From positions 46,946 through 110,945 of IMG/VR virus record IMGVR_UViG_2563367078_000003: a DNA stretch of 64,000 nt. One strand, 5' to 3'. Both the position numbers and the translations under genes were made by a program. Shown here piece after piece: positions 1-8,390 of the stretch; the first letter of the stretch is position 1, and the number at the start of each line of letters is the position of its first letter. Source of the DNA: a virus (Duplodnaviria > Caudoviricetes). The notes under the pieces are model-generated. The model did not search any database and was not told the origin of the DNA. It worked only from the letters and a program-made list of their open reading frames with translations.

Positions 1-58
1 AGCAGGCGATGTCGCTCCTCGCAGACGAAGGGCGCATGAAATTCGACTTCGACCGGCG

Positions 59-319
59 GTGGCGCTGACCATGACCGAGGATGTCGATCTTCTTCATCAG
101 ATGCCGACGCGCGAGATGTCTGCACACGACATGCACGTCGAACTCCACAAGAAGTGTCACCGGCAGTGCTTCCTGACGACGTGCCGCATGAAACAGCACT
201 GCTGGCAGGGCCTTCGGGAGATGAAGCACAACCCGGACAACCCCAAGAAGTGCGAGGCGTGCTTGGTTGGCGACTACGGCCGTCACGACTACCTCGCAGC
301 GGTGAGGATCGGCAAATGA
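59..319 (+). CDS. small Cys/His-rich putative Zn-binding protein (paralog of next ORF)
   Basis: ORF track; MH-x-EL...C-x-MK-x-HCW...CxxC pattern shared with 316..534. Confidence 0.7.
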   Translation: MALTMTEDVDLLHQMPTREMSAHDMHVELHKKCHRQCFLTTCRMKQHCWQGLREMKHNPDNPKKCEACLVGDYGRHDYLAAVRIGK

Positions 320-534
320 CCGCGCAAGAAAATCCCGTCTACTGCCAACTCCCCAAGCGGTACATGTCCCCGGCGGAGATGCACAAAGAGCTGACCTACC
401 GTCACGGGAGCTGCACAACCCTCGTCTGCGAGATGAAGCTGCACTGCTGGGAGGAATTGAAGAGACAGGGTCACGCGCCAGGGCCTGTTCGTCATTGCAT
501 GAAGTGCCGGAACAACAGCGAAGGGGAGGAATGA
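316..534 (+). CDS. small Cys/His-rich putative Zn-binding protein
   Basis: ATG at 316 overlaps previous stop (ATGA); C-terminal part of ORF 154..534. Confidence 0.7.
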   Translation: MTAQENPVYCQLPKRYMSPAEMHKELTYRHGSCTTLVCEMKLHCWEELKRQGHAPGPVRHCMKCRNNSEGEE

Positions 535-719
535 CTCCGGAACGACCTTGGTCTCAACACGTCGAGGGTATGATCAGCCGCGCGAGTAAAGCCGGTTACC
601 TGCTGGAATACCGTGGTGAACCGGACTTCGGCTGGAACTTCAAGCGCGACGGCAAAATGATCCTCGCAAACGTCGATACGACAACTGTCGAGATCGAAAT
701 GCAAAAGCTCGGCATCTAA
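531..719 (+). CDS. hypothetical protein
   Basis: ATGA overlap, GGGGAGG RBS. Confidence 0.6.
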   Translation: MTPERPWSQHVEGMISRASKAGYLLEYRGEPDFGWNFKRDGKMILANVDTTTVEIEMQKLGI

Positions 720-785
720 GCCACACCGAATTCGAAACACACCACAACTCTGCCCTTTTCACGGGGCACCAACAAAGGAACACGA

Positions 786-1184
786 GTGAAGAACAAGATT
801 GTCGCCGGATCGCTGGCGCTGGGCATCATCGGCCTCGGCGCGGGGACGGCTCACGCTGGCACTCCCGAGCAGAACACCCAGGCCATGAATACTTTCAGTG
901 CCACTGTCGGCGTAGCGACCACCACCGGAGCGCTCGTCGGGACCGGCCTCGGGGCAGTCGCTGGATGCATCATCGGCGGCGTAGTCACCAGTCCCACAGT
1001 CGTTTTCGTTCCGCTGGGGTGCCTGACCACCGGTGCCCTCGGAGCCAGCATCGGCGGCGTCGCCGGAACTCTGATCGTCGGCGGTCCGACTGCGGTGATC
1101 GCTGGCGTTCAGATGGTCGAGGTTTTGATCGCTCCTGCAACCCCGGCCCCGCCGATGAAGGCGGTCGGAGCCCCGCTCACCTAA
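786..1184 (+). CDS. secreted/membrane Gly-Ala-rich protein
   Basis: AAGGAA RBS, signal peptide ending AHA, glycine-zipper-like hydrophobic segments. Confidence 0.75.
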   Translation: MKNKIVAGSLALGIIGLGAGTAHAGTPEQNTQAMNTFSATVGVATTTGALVGTGLGAVAGCIIGGVVTSPTVVFVPLGCLTTGALGASIGGVAGTLIVGGPTAVIAGVQMVEVLIAPATPAPPMKAVGAPLT

Positions 1185-1203
1185 CCGCGAAAGGCTGAGG
1201 CGA

Positions 1204-1473
1204 ATGCCGTTCATGGCAACCGAGGCGAAACTTCTTGCCGCACTGCTTCACGCGGGGATCGGGCAGACCATCCCTCAGCTCAGAACCAAGACCGGCATCT
1301 CTGCGAGCACGATCGGATTGAAACTTCGGCAACTCGCGTATCAGGACATGGTCTACAAAGACCTCGCAGGCTGGCAGCTCAGTTTGCGAGGACGGCGGGC
1401 TATTTCGGCCCCCCGGTATCACGACATCGTCGCCGGACTTCGGCCTGAGCGGCACAACCTCGAAAGGAATTGA
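1204..1473 (+). CDS. winged-helix DNA-binding protein
   Basis: TIPQLRTKTGISASTIGLKLRQLAYQDMV...WQLS wHTH pattern; GAGG RBS. Confidence 0.65.
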   Translation: MPFMATEAKLLAALLHAGIGQTIPQLRTKTGISASTIGLKLRQLAYQDMVYKDLAGWQLSLRGRRAISAPRYHDIVAGLRPERHNLERN

Positions 1474-1477
1474 TCGA

Positions 1478-1609
1478 ATGCTTGGAATCGCAGCGCCTGG
1501 GGAATCCGGTAACGCCGAGGACAACATCAACTACAACACCGACCCCCGGCTGGATAAAGGCGGCGACGACGGCCCCCGGCAGGGACTCCGCGTCGGCGTG
1601 AAGCTCTGA
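1478..1609 (+). CDS. small hypothetical protein (43 aa)
   Basis: GAAAGGA RBS then ATG CTT GGA...TGA; below ORF-track cutoff. Confidence 0.35.
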   Translation: MLGIAAPGESGNAEDNINYNTDPRLDKGGDDGPRQGLRVGVKL

Positions 1610-1658
1610 CACTTCATTGAAAATCTTCCCTGGCCTACCCCTCATCGGGCCGGGGAAC

Positions 1659-1736
1659 GCGACAGGGCTCCGAGGTATTTCTCCTTTCGGAAGTCGAGGA
1701 GCAAAAGAGTACCGGGGACAATCGGAGCCCTGTCGC
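1659..1736 (+). promoter_or_regulatory. long stem-loop in leader of membrane-protein gene
   Basis: perfect 15-bp IR GCGACAGGGCTCCGA / TCGGAGCCCTGTCGC with nested stems. Confidence 0.55.
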
Positions 1737-1758
1737 ACCCAATCGAAAAGCACACGAA

Positions 1759-2013
1759 ATGGATTACGCTGATATGGAAGCCTGGCTGATTGTATTAGGC
1801 ATTGGGTTCGTTGTTGCGACCGTGGGATGGATGTTGTTCTGGCTGGATGCCCGATATGAAGCTGAACTCGAACACGAATTCGAACTCGGGCTGTACTACT
1901 CCTCGAATGCCGCAGAACTGATGGACCTCGCCAAGGAGCTGCCGCAGGTCCCCGTCGAGCCCACCTACACAGATCAGTACGGCGATGTGCGATACGCGGG
2001 CGTGCTGCGGTGA
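1759..2013 (+). CDS. membrane protein, single N-terminal TM
   Basis: hydrophobic WLIVLGIGFVVATVGWMLFWL. Confidence 0.7.
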   Translation: MDYADMEAWLIVLGIGFVVATVGWMLFWLDARYEAELEHEFELGLYYSSNAAELMDLAKELPQVPVEPTYTDQYGDVRYAGVLR

Positions 2014-2294
2014 GTACGGCTGAGCAAACCGAACCGCCCGCCGCGCTCCAGGCGTCAAATCCGTCGCAGTTCGTGGCAGCCGTCAGGCGCGATCCGTCAT
2101 GGTATCTCGTTCACGGGGGTTCGACGGGTTCCAAGCTTCGCCCGCGCGTGATCGTTGCGTTCTGCGGGCTCAGGGGCGGTCCGTGCAGCGCGGCGATATT
2201 CGAAGGCGGCAAGGTCGAAGTCCGGGATTTCGAAGGCGACTGGCTCGGCCGTCTGAATTACGTCGATCACCGGATGAGACACGCAAAACTCTGA
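2010..2294 (+). CDS. hypothetical protein
   Basis: GTGA overlap with previous gene. Confidence 0.55.
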   Translation: MSTAEQTEPPAALQASNPSQFVAAVRRDPSWYLVHGGSTGSKLRPRVIVAFCGLRGGPCSAAIFEGGKVEVRDFEGDWLGRLNYVDHRMRHAKL

Positions 2295-2391
2295 CGCGTG
2301 CGACCGATCAGAGTTTTGCGTGTCTGGGTACCGCCCGGCATAAATCGCAGCTCGTTGCATACCTTGCCGAACATCCGCATCCTACCAAAGG

Positions 2392-2637
2392 TTGACCGAA
2401 TTGAACAACGACCTCGTTCTCAGGCTGGCCCACTCCTACGACGGCAGCTCGCCTGAATTCACCCGTCTCGCAAACCTTTTCGCGACGAGCGCGTTAACCG
2501 CCGAAGAACTCCGCGCCGCTGAAGAACAAGGTTGCCGCGTGAACGCGTACTGGCGCGGGCAGTATATCGGCCAGTTCCCCCCGACCCAATCCCGGCAGAG
2601 TATCTGCAAGGAAGTCGCGGTCGCGCACGCTGGATGA
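2392..2637 (+). CDS. hypothetical protein
   Basis: ORF track, fits + strand gene string. Confidence 0.5.
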   Translation: MTELNNDLVLRLAHSYDGSSPEFTRLANLFATSALTAEELRAAEEQGCRVNAYWRGQYIGQFPPTQSRQSICKEVAVAHAG

Positions 2638-2761
2638 AGACTTCCCGGCCGGTTGACAGGCGATTACCGGACCGGGAGACGAAAACCCTTGGGACCAGTT
2701 ACCTCCCCCTGTACGAGGTCCCAAGGGTTTTCTTTCGTGTTCACATCTACAGGAATGGAAT

Positions 2762-3007
2762 ATGAGTTCTCGTCTCCTCTGCAACAAGCTCGAACGCGCG
2801 TGGATTTCCCAGACGATACAGCTGTACGTTTCCGGGACCGTCGCGTTCATCGCATGGCTGTTCTACACGTGGGCGTGCTTGGTTCAATCTCCGGCGTGGG
2901 CGGTATGGCGCTCCGTGCTGGGATGCCTTTTCGGACTGGGGACGCTGTGGCTCACCTTCGCCGTGCTGCGCCGGAAGCGTACAGAGCGCAAGATCCGGGG
3001 TTGGTGA
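2762..3007 (+). CDS. two-TM membrane protein
   Basis: two hydrophobic helices, basic C-terminus. Confidence 0.6.
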   Translation: MSSRLLCNKLERAWISQTIQLYVSGTVAFIAWLFYTWACLVQSPAWAVWRSVLGCLFGLGTLWLTFAVLRRKRTERKIRGW

Positions 3008-3011
3008 CGGC

Positions 3012-3218
3012 GTGGCACGGATGACTATCGAAATCAACGACCCTCGCCTGGATTTCGTCGACGGCGTTCAGCGGCTTCAGCAACTGGCGTCCACCTCGGG
3101 GCTGGATAAGCTGTCCGGCTGCCACATCTACGGCAGCGTCGACGGCCACGAGGTGTTCGAAAAGCACCCCACCGGACTCGCGCCGGTCATCCCCTTCCCG
3201 ACCTATCTCTGCCCATAG
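3012..3218 (+). CDS. hypothetical protein
   Basis: ORF track; followed by terminator-like hairpin. Confidence 0.6.
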   Translation: MARMTIEINDPRLDFVDGVQRLQQLASTSGLDKLSGCHIYGSVDGHEVFEKHPTGLAPVIPFPTYLCP

Positions 3219-3223
3219 AAACA

Positions 3224-3279
3224 CGTCAAGGCCCGCTCTGGTCTAAGTTTTCGACACTTAGATAGAGCGGGCCTTGACG
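3224..3279. terminator. hairpin between convergent genes with nested palindromic operator-like site
   Basis: 16-bp IR CGTCAAGGCCCGCTCT / AGAGCGGGCCTTGACG enclosing TCTAAGT-N7-ACTTAGA. Confidence 0.7.
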
Positions 3280-3313
3280 GTTTCCCGGAGAGCGATACGT
3301 CACGTGATGAAGG

Positions 3314-3835
3314 TCAGCTTTTGGGTTCGAACGCGCAGCCGCAGATGTCGCAGGTGATGCCGCCTTCGGTGAAGCGACCTGCCGCGATCCGGACCGGCCG
3401 GGAGGGCTTGCACTTACACCAGATCGTGATGTTGTTCTTGTCCGGCCTGGGCGGCTCGATGACCGGCTCCGCGTCCGGGTCGACGTCGGCACTGGCGCGC
3501 TTCAGGTAGTCGATGTACATCCTGCCCGCGTGACGCCACGCATACTCCACGTCTTTCACGATCTTGTCGACGCCGTCGATCTTGGCGAGGTCGGTTCTCA
3601 GCGCCTGGGCGTGCTTGTTCGGCAGGTCCGGAAAGTCGAATCTACGGTCGTAAATGCGATGCATCCGGTACACCAGCTCGCGATACAGCGGCTCCGGCAG
3701 TGTGTACGTCCACGCGAAGCCCCGGCCGGTGGATCTGCCGACAGGCGCTGGGAACCGCACACCCGTGGTCTCCTTACGGTGCGCGATCTCCAGCGCCTCT
3801 TTGGATTTCCCGCTGATCACCAGCTCGGGCATCAA
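3314..3835 (-). CDS. hypothetical protein with C-terminal Zn ribbon
   Basis: CKC...CDICG C-terminus; overlap with next gene. Confidence 0.7.
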   Translation of the reverse strand: MMPELVISGKSKEALEIAHRKETTGVRFPAPVGRSTGRGFAWTYTLPEPLYRELVYRMHRIYDRRFDFPDLPNKHAQALRTDLAKIDGVDKIVKDVEYAWRHAGRMYIDYLKRASADVDPDAEPVIEPPRPDKNNITIWCKCKPSRPVRIAAGRFTEGGITCDICGCAFEPKS

Positions 3836-4026
3836 TCCTCCGGCTCCTCGAAGTCCGACTCCTCGAGATCTCGCACGCCGTCGCGCCTGCTCTGAGCGTC
3901 ATCGATCACGCCGTCGTAGTGACCCATGACTTGGGCCTTGGCCTCGTCGAGTGTCAGCGGCTCGCCGTCGTGCTTGCCCCACCACGGCACGATCTCCGGC
4001 CCGGACCAATCGATGTAGAACTTCAC
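3832..4026 (-). CDS. hypothetical protein
   Basis: GGAGG RBS, overlapping start/stop. Confidence 0.65.
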   Translation of the reverse strand: MKFYIDWSGPEIVPWWGKHDGEPLTLDEAKAQVMGHYDGVIDDAQSRRDGVRDLEESDFEEPED

Positions 4027-4211
4027 TTTTCCTCCTTGTCGACCGCTGCCATGATCTCTTCCGCCAGCGAGTCCAATGCGGGTATGACGTCCCGGCGCTC
4101 CAGTCCATGCGTGGAATAGATTTCGAACAGCCGGGCGGCCTGGGTCAGAACAACGGCATCGCGGCGGGCGGCATCGCGGGCTTTTTTGCTGCGCAGACTG
4201 ACCTTGATCAC
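4023..4211 (-). CDS. hypothetical protein
   Basis: GTG at 4211 overlapping upstream stop. Confidence 0.55.
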   Translation of the reverse strand: MIKVSLRSKKARDAARRDAVVLTQAARLFEIYSTHGLERRDVIPALDSLAEEIMAAVDKEEK

Positions 4212-4432
4212 TTCGCGTCCTCGGCGTGGACCGGGCAGAAATCCTGACGGTCGGTGGGGAAGATTCCGACCTCGGCCTGCGACGGCGACGGGGGCCGCGT
4301 TCGGCTTGTCCACTCCTTCATCGCCTTGCTTCTGCGCATCTGACTCGGACTCTGGTTGACCTCGCCCATGATGTAGTTGGCGCACGGCGGCCGATGATCG
4401 CAGTGGATGAAGTAGTGCTTCGTCTCGCTCAT
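4208..4432 (-). CDS. small Cys-containing protein, probably leaderless
   Basis: MSETKHYFIHCD...DFCPVH; ATG 7 nt downstream of a TAACCT -10. Confidence 0.6.
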   Translation of the reverse strand: MSETKHYFIHCDHRPPCANYIMGEVNQSPSQMRRSKAMKEWTSRTRPPSPSQAEVGIFPTDRQDFCPVHAEDAK

Positions 4433-4439
4433 GCTGTTC

Positions 4440-4479
4440 AGGTTAGGGCATTGACTCTTAAGAAGCAATGCCCTAACCT
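4440..4479. promoter_or_regulatory. symmetric divergent SigA-type promoter pair
   Basis: 14-bp IR; TTGACT-17-TAACCT on + and TTGCTT-17-TAACCT on -. Confidence 0.75.
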
Positions 4480-4486
4480 CGGTATC

Positions 4487-4978
4487 ATGACCGACACACC
4501 CCGCAAGCTCAGCGAGACAATGCGGACCACTCTCGAAGCGCTGCACGGCTGGGAGAATATCCTGGGACGCGGCACATCGGCCGGGGAAATCGACGCTGCT
4601 GGCGGTTCGCGGAGTTGCCTTCGGCGCGCGATCGAAAACGGGTGGGCGATCAGCTACGGTAGCAACGAACTCAGGGATGCTCCCGTTTATCGCCGCACCA
4701 AAGCCGGGACCGAGCGCCTGCGGCAAGACGGCTGGGAAGAGGTTGATCCGGAGCCTACCGTGTATGTACGGATTCGCGTCGACGGCGAGTATGTTCGCGA
4801 AACGTTGCAGCTCGCGGAGGCATGCACGTCGGTGGAATTCTGCGTCAGGTCGGACCAGCACGAGGTGACCGTCGACGGCCGGAATGTGCACGTCCTCGAC
4901 AAACAAAACGGCGCTGATTGTGACTACGAATTCCCGACCGAGGTGTACGTGCCCGAAATCGCGAAGGCAGTCGAATGA
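4487..4978 (+). CDS. hypothetical protein, possible N-terminal wHTH; probably leaderless
   Basis: ATG 7 nt after -10; ...LRRAIENGW...YRRTKAGTERL resembles a wHTH wing. Confidence 0.65.
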   Translation: MTDTPRKLSETMRTTLEALHGWENILGRGTSAGEIDAAGGSRSCLRRAIENGWAISYGSNELRDAPVYRRTKAGTERLRQDGWEEVDPEPTVYVRIRVDGEYVRETLQLAEACTSVEFCVRSDQHEVTVDGRNVHVLDKQNGADCDYEFPTEVYVPEIAKAVE

Positions 4979-5163
4979 GGAACGTTGTTCATAAACGCAG
5001 CACGGTAGTGCATCTCCCCGTCGAGTCGAACGTCCATTATCCGTGGTGTAAGCGGGAGGCGTTGAAGACAGGGGTGAACCTCGGGCAGAGGCTGGCGCAA
5101 TACGAGTGGACGAACAGCATGTGGATCCACTGCCCGATCTGCCGCAAAGAGAGCAACAAATAA
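4975..5163 (+). CDS. small hypothetical protein (CxxC)
   Basis: ATGA overlap. Confidence 0.55.
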   Translation: MRNVVHKRSTVVHLPVESNVHYPWCKREALKTGVNLGQRLAQYEWTNSMWIHCPICRKESNK

Positions 5164-5199
5164 ATACATGCGCAGTATTGCATATCAAAGGAAACAGCG

Positions 5200-5391
5200 A
5201 TGAACGCCGGGGAACTCAACGCCACGCACATCGGCCGGACCATTTCTTTCGGAGAGGTCTCCGAAGAACTGAGACAGATATATCATGAGGGCGACTACCC
5301 GCACGGGCTGACTTATGTGTGCGTCGGAGAGGCCGTCCGCGAGTTTCAGCTGTACCAAAACGATCCGATCAGAATGGAAGACGCGGTATGA
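5200..5391 (+). CDS. hypothetical protein
   Basis: AAGGAA RBS. Confidence 0.65.
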   Translation: MNAGELNATHIGRTISFGEVSEELRQIYHEGDYPHGLTYVCVGEAVREFQLYQNDPIRMEDAV

Positions 5392-5618
5392 CGAACGTCG
5401 CCGACATGGCCGAATTCCATTACATCCTCACCTGGCAGTCCCCGGACGGCCGCTTCAACACAAAGGTGGGTACCGCGACCGCGACCGGCAGTACACGCGA
5501 GGAGATATTTCAATATATCGTAGACAGTGTCGGTATCGCACAAGGGGATCGGATTGCCATTATGTTCTTCAGTCTCGAGCCGAACGACCTTGGCGCGATA
5601 ATGCACACAAAGGAGTAG
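5388..5618 (+). CDS. hypothetical protein
   Basis: ATGA overlap. Confidence 0.6.
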   Translation: MTNVADMAEFHYILTWQSPDGRFNTKVGTATATGSTREEIFQYIVDSVGIAQGDRIAIMFFSLEPNDLGAIMHTKE

Positions 5619-5620
5619 TA

Positions 5621-5764
5621 ATGGCGAATTCGGAAGCACGCTACGACGCGGACGGCAACCGGCTGGTGTGGTCGATCATGGACAATGCGTGGATAAAGCT
5701 CACGGACTGGAACGAGATAGAACGTGAACGGCTCGCGCTACGAGAAAAGGATGGCAAGCGATGA
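5621..5764 (+). CDS. small hypothetical protein
   Basis: AGGAG RBS, MANSEARYD... Confidence 0.55.
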   Translation: MANSEARYDADGNRLVWSIMDNAWIKLTDWNEIERERLALREKDGKR

Positions 5765-6159
5765 GGCGGCAAAAACTTTTTCCGGTGACGCTGTCGTGCA
5801 AGCATGAGATCCTGCTTATGGATGCACCTCGGCTCGGCGCAGTCGTTGCATGTTACGAGTGCAGTCGCGGAAGCAAGGTGGTGTTCGTCCGCAAATACAC
5901 CGGCGATTGCCGCGACTGCACGTACCGCAACCACGAAGGCGACCTTACTCTAGCCAGCGGCAGGGCGCGGCAACACTGCGAGAAGCGCGGTCATCGTGTG
6001 CGGATGTGGTACCCGACGTTGGACGTACCGATCACTCTCATACCCGATCGAGAATTTGCGGCATTTCGCAACATTGACACCCGGTGGCGGGCGAGTTCGT
6101 GCTCAACGCCTCCAACTGAGCAACTGGGCGAACAGGACGAAAGCACCTCTAACCCCTGA
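5761..6159 (+). CDS. Cys/His-rich hypothetical protein
   Basis: CxH...CxxC, CxxC...H motifs; ATGA overlap. Confidence 0.6.
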   Translation: MRRQKLFPVTLSCKHEILLMDAPRLGAVVACYECSRGSKVVFVRKYTGDCRDCTYRNHEGDLTLASGRARQHCEKRGHRVRMWYPTLDVPITLIPDREFAAFRNIDTRWRASSCSTPPTEQLGEQDESTSNP

Positions 6160-6454
6160 TCGGGTTGCCTTGGGCGCGGATGGCGGCGTCTTGTACGCCT
6201 GGGACGGCGCTGCCTGCATATCGCGGATGTATTTGCCCCACATGATCTTTCTCCCCTCAGTGGAGGTTTCAACCTCCGGAACCCTGGGTACGCTAAAGCT
6301 CCTCTTCAGGCAGCGTCAAGGGGTCTTTAGTCCCTACATGGAGAGATAACGCTTCGATGAAGATCCAGACAACCGTCAGCAACGGACGTAACGTCACGAC
6401 ACATCAGGCCGCTACGTCCGTAGACATCAGTACCGAGTCGAGAGATAGCGAACC

Positions 6455-6931
6455 GTGAAGCACATCATCGCCGCAGCCGCAGTCGCCGCAATCCCCCTGG
6501 TTCTCGCCGGTTGTGGCAGCAGCGGCTCCTCCCAGACCGTCACCATCAAACCGGCCGACGCCACCGCCGCACCGCTCAGCGACATCGCCGTCAGCCCTAT
6601 CGGCGGCACGCTTACCGTCACTGTTCCGCAGGGCGCGGCCGAGTACACCGTCTCCAATCCCCGCGTCGTCGACGGCAAGACCCGGATCGACGTCACGGTG
6701 ACGGATCGGCAAGGAGGACTGTCCCCCGGCGAGTTCGACGGCATGGACGGATCCGGCACCAAGGTCCAGCAATCCGACGACTACGGCTCCGGCGCGCTCG
6801 ACGAATCCGGGTTCATGGTGCCACGCGAGGTGCGCAAAGGGTGGGTGGACATCCCGCTCACCGGAATCAAATCGCTATATCTGACGAACAACGAAGTCGC
6901 AAAGGTTGCAGCGCAATGGAATATCCCGTAG
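6455..6931 (+). CDS. lipoprotein
   Basis: signal peptide with lipobox LAGC; beta-rich body. Confidence 0.8.
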   Translation: MKHIIAAAAVAAIPLVLAGCGSSGSSQTVTIKPADATAAPLSDIAVSPIGGTLTVTVPQGAAEYTVSNPRVVDGKTRIDVTVTDRQGGLSPGEFDGMDGSGTKVQQSDDYGSGALDESGFMVPREVRKGWVDIPLTGIKSLYLTNNEVAKVAAQWNIP

Positions 6932-7209
6932 CCAAGAGGACGACCGCACTACACCGCGACCGCACCCCCGGCATTCTCCTGGACATCGTCTGGACCGCGT
7001 ACGACAAAGTCAGGGCCGTGGATCCCAAGACCGGCGCGGTGGTCGCTATCGCGGGGGTCGTGAAGGAAGAGGGCTGGGGCGAGGATCGCGTCGTGACGTG
7101 GGGGTTGATGCTTCCGGACTACCGCAGAACCTACACCGAAGTCGATGGTGAGGACTTGATTCAATCCCTGCGCAAACTGGTGGGAACCTACGAGCGGGCG
7201 GCAGCCTAA
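6916..7209 (+). CDS. hypothetical protein
   Basis: C-terminal part of ORF 6511..7209. Confidence 0.55.
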   Translation: MEYPVAKRTTALHRDRTPGILLDIVWTAYDKVRAVDPKTGAVVAIAGVVKEEGWGEDRVVTWGLMLPDYRRTYTEVDGEDLIQSLRKLVGTYERAAA

Positions 7210-7240
7210 CTGAATGAAGAGTTAGCGATAGGAAATAGCA

Positions 7241-7456
7241 ATGGCTAGCGTTACTGTAGGAATGAATGAAAAATGGGTTGCTGACCTGGCGAAGGCTGCT
7301 TGGGAGTGCGGCGCTGATTTCGATGGAATAGCCGACCCGATGTTCAGCTGGGATAGGCTGCCCGGCGACGTCAAGCTCGGGATGGTTACAGAAGTTTGCG
7401 CGGTATTGAAAGAGCTGGCGCGGCAGGGGCGTCTTCGAGAGCCGGTGGAAGCGTGA
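7241..7456 (+). CDS. hypothetical protein
   Basis: AGGAA RBS. Confidence 0.6.
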   Translation: MASVTVGMNEKWVADLAKAAWECGADFDGIADPMFSWDRLPGDVKLGMVTEVCAVLKELARQGRLREPVEA

Positions 7457-7647
7457 GTAGCCCCGACTTTCCGGGCGTCGCGTGGACGTTGCAAGACCGA
7501 ATGGACGAGGGCGACTTCGAATTGTTCGCCGTCGAGTATCAAGGACAGACCCACATCTTCGACGACCCTGGTGCCAGGAAGTTATGGATCGACGAAGAGA
7601 TCGAGAAGGGCGCAAAGCGAGAGGACTTCGAATCGTGGGAGGAGTAG
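7453..7647 (+). CDS. acidic hypothetical protein
   Basis: GTGA overlap. Confidence 0.55.
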   Translation: MSSPDFPGVAWTLQDRMDEGDFELFAVEYQGQTHIFDDPGARKLWIDEEIEKGAKREDFESWEE

Positions 7648-7669
7648 TCGGCCTCCTGTAGCAAATCCA

Positions 7670-7690
7670 TCTAAGTTTCGAAGACTTAGA
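7670..7690. promoter_or_regulatory. palindromic operator-like site
   Basis: TCTAAGT-TTCGAAG-ACTTAGA; near-identical inverted copy at 3242-3262. Confidence 0.6.
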
Positions 7691-7722
7691 CCAAAAAGTG
7701 AACACCGAGTTAGGAGTTAGCA

Positions 7723-8361
7723 GTGAGCAAGGTATTTCCCGAGCGGTACCCGGACGAGGTCAGGCAGAAGGCCGTGGACCTGATGAAGAAGTCCGCCAAG
7801 GAGGGCATGACTATCACCGAAGCGTCGCAAACTGTGTCGGGAAAGTTCCCGGACGGCCCGGATTCGACAACGATACTCGGATGGGCGAAAAAGGCTGGCA
7901 TCGGATTCGTGAGCGGGCAGCGCCGTTACTCCGAAGAGGATCGGGCGAAGTTCGTTGCCCGCGTGGATGAACTCCTCGCAGAAGGGGTGTCGGTCCGTTC
8001 GGCGTGTCGGCAAGCGGCGGAGTCCTCTGACGGCCCATCCACCGAATCGATCCACAATTGGTACAAGGAAGCGAAGGCTGTCGAGGCCGAGGACATCCCG
8101 GAGCCGCCGAAGAAGGTCGTCGACAAGCAGCCGAAGCGGCGGGATGATGGTCTCGAGCAGCGGGTCGCTGACCTTGAAATCAAGAACCTGGAGTCCATTC
8201 AGCGGATCGCCGACCTCGAAGCGGAGAACGCGGCAACTCTCCGAAAGTACGACGACGCGACGCACCAGATCGCCGACCTCGAAGCGAAGCACAAGCGCCT
8301 GAAAGAAAAGTACGACCTGCTCAAACCGATCGCCGCTCACATGTTCCTCGAAGAGAACTAG
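7723..8361 (+). CDS. tandem-HTH (IS3 OrfA-like) DNA-binding protein with C-terminal coiled coil
   Basis: two repeats RYP/SxExRxKxV...TIxxWxK; heptads IADLE; AGGAG RBS. Confidence 0.7.
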   Translation: MSKVFPERYPDEVRQKAVDLMKKSAKEGMTITEASQTVSGKFPDGPDSTTILGWAKKAGIGFVSGQRRYSEEDRAKFVARVDELLAEGVSVRSACRQAAESSDGPSTESIHNWYKEAKAVEAEDIPEPPKKVVDKQPKRRDDGLEQRVADLEIKNLESIQRIADLEAENAATLRKYDDATHQIADLEAKHKRLKEKYDLLKPIAAHMFLEEN

Positions 8362-8390
8362 CTCGTCCACCACTACCGAAAGGATTGCCG

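Noticed and set aside
6160-6440. Possible small RNA or - strand mini-ORF (GCGCTGCCTG/CAGGCAGCGT IR; GGAGGT/ACCTCC hairpin)
   Set aside because: Too few supporting stems and an ambiguous ORF; cannot be distinguished from background.
7723-8361. IS3-family insertion sequence
   Set aside because: No DDE transposase ORF, terminal inverted repeats or target duplication.
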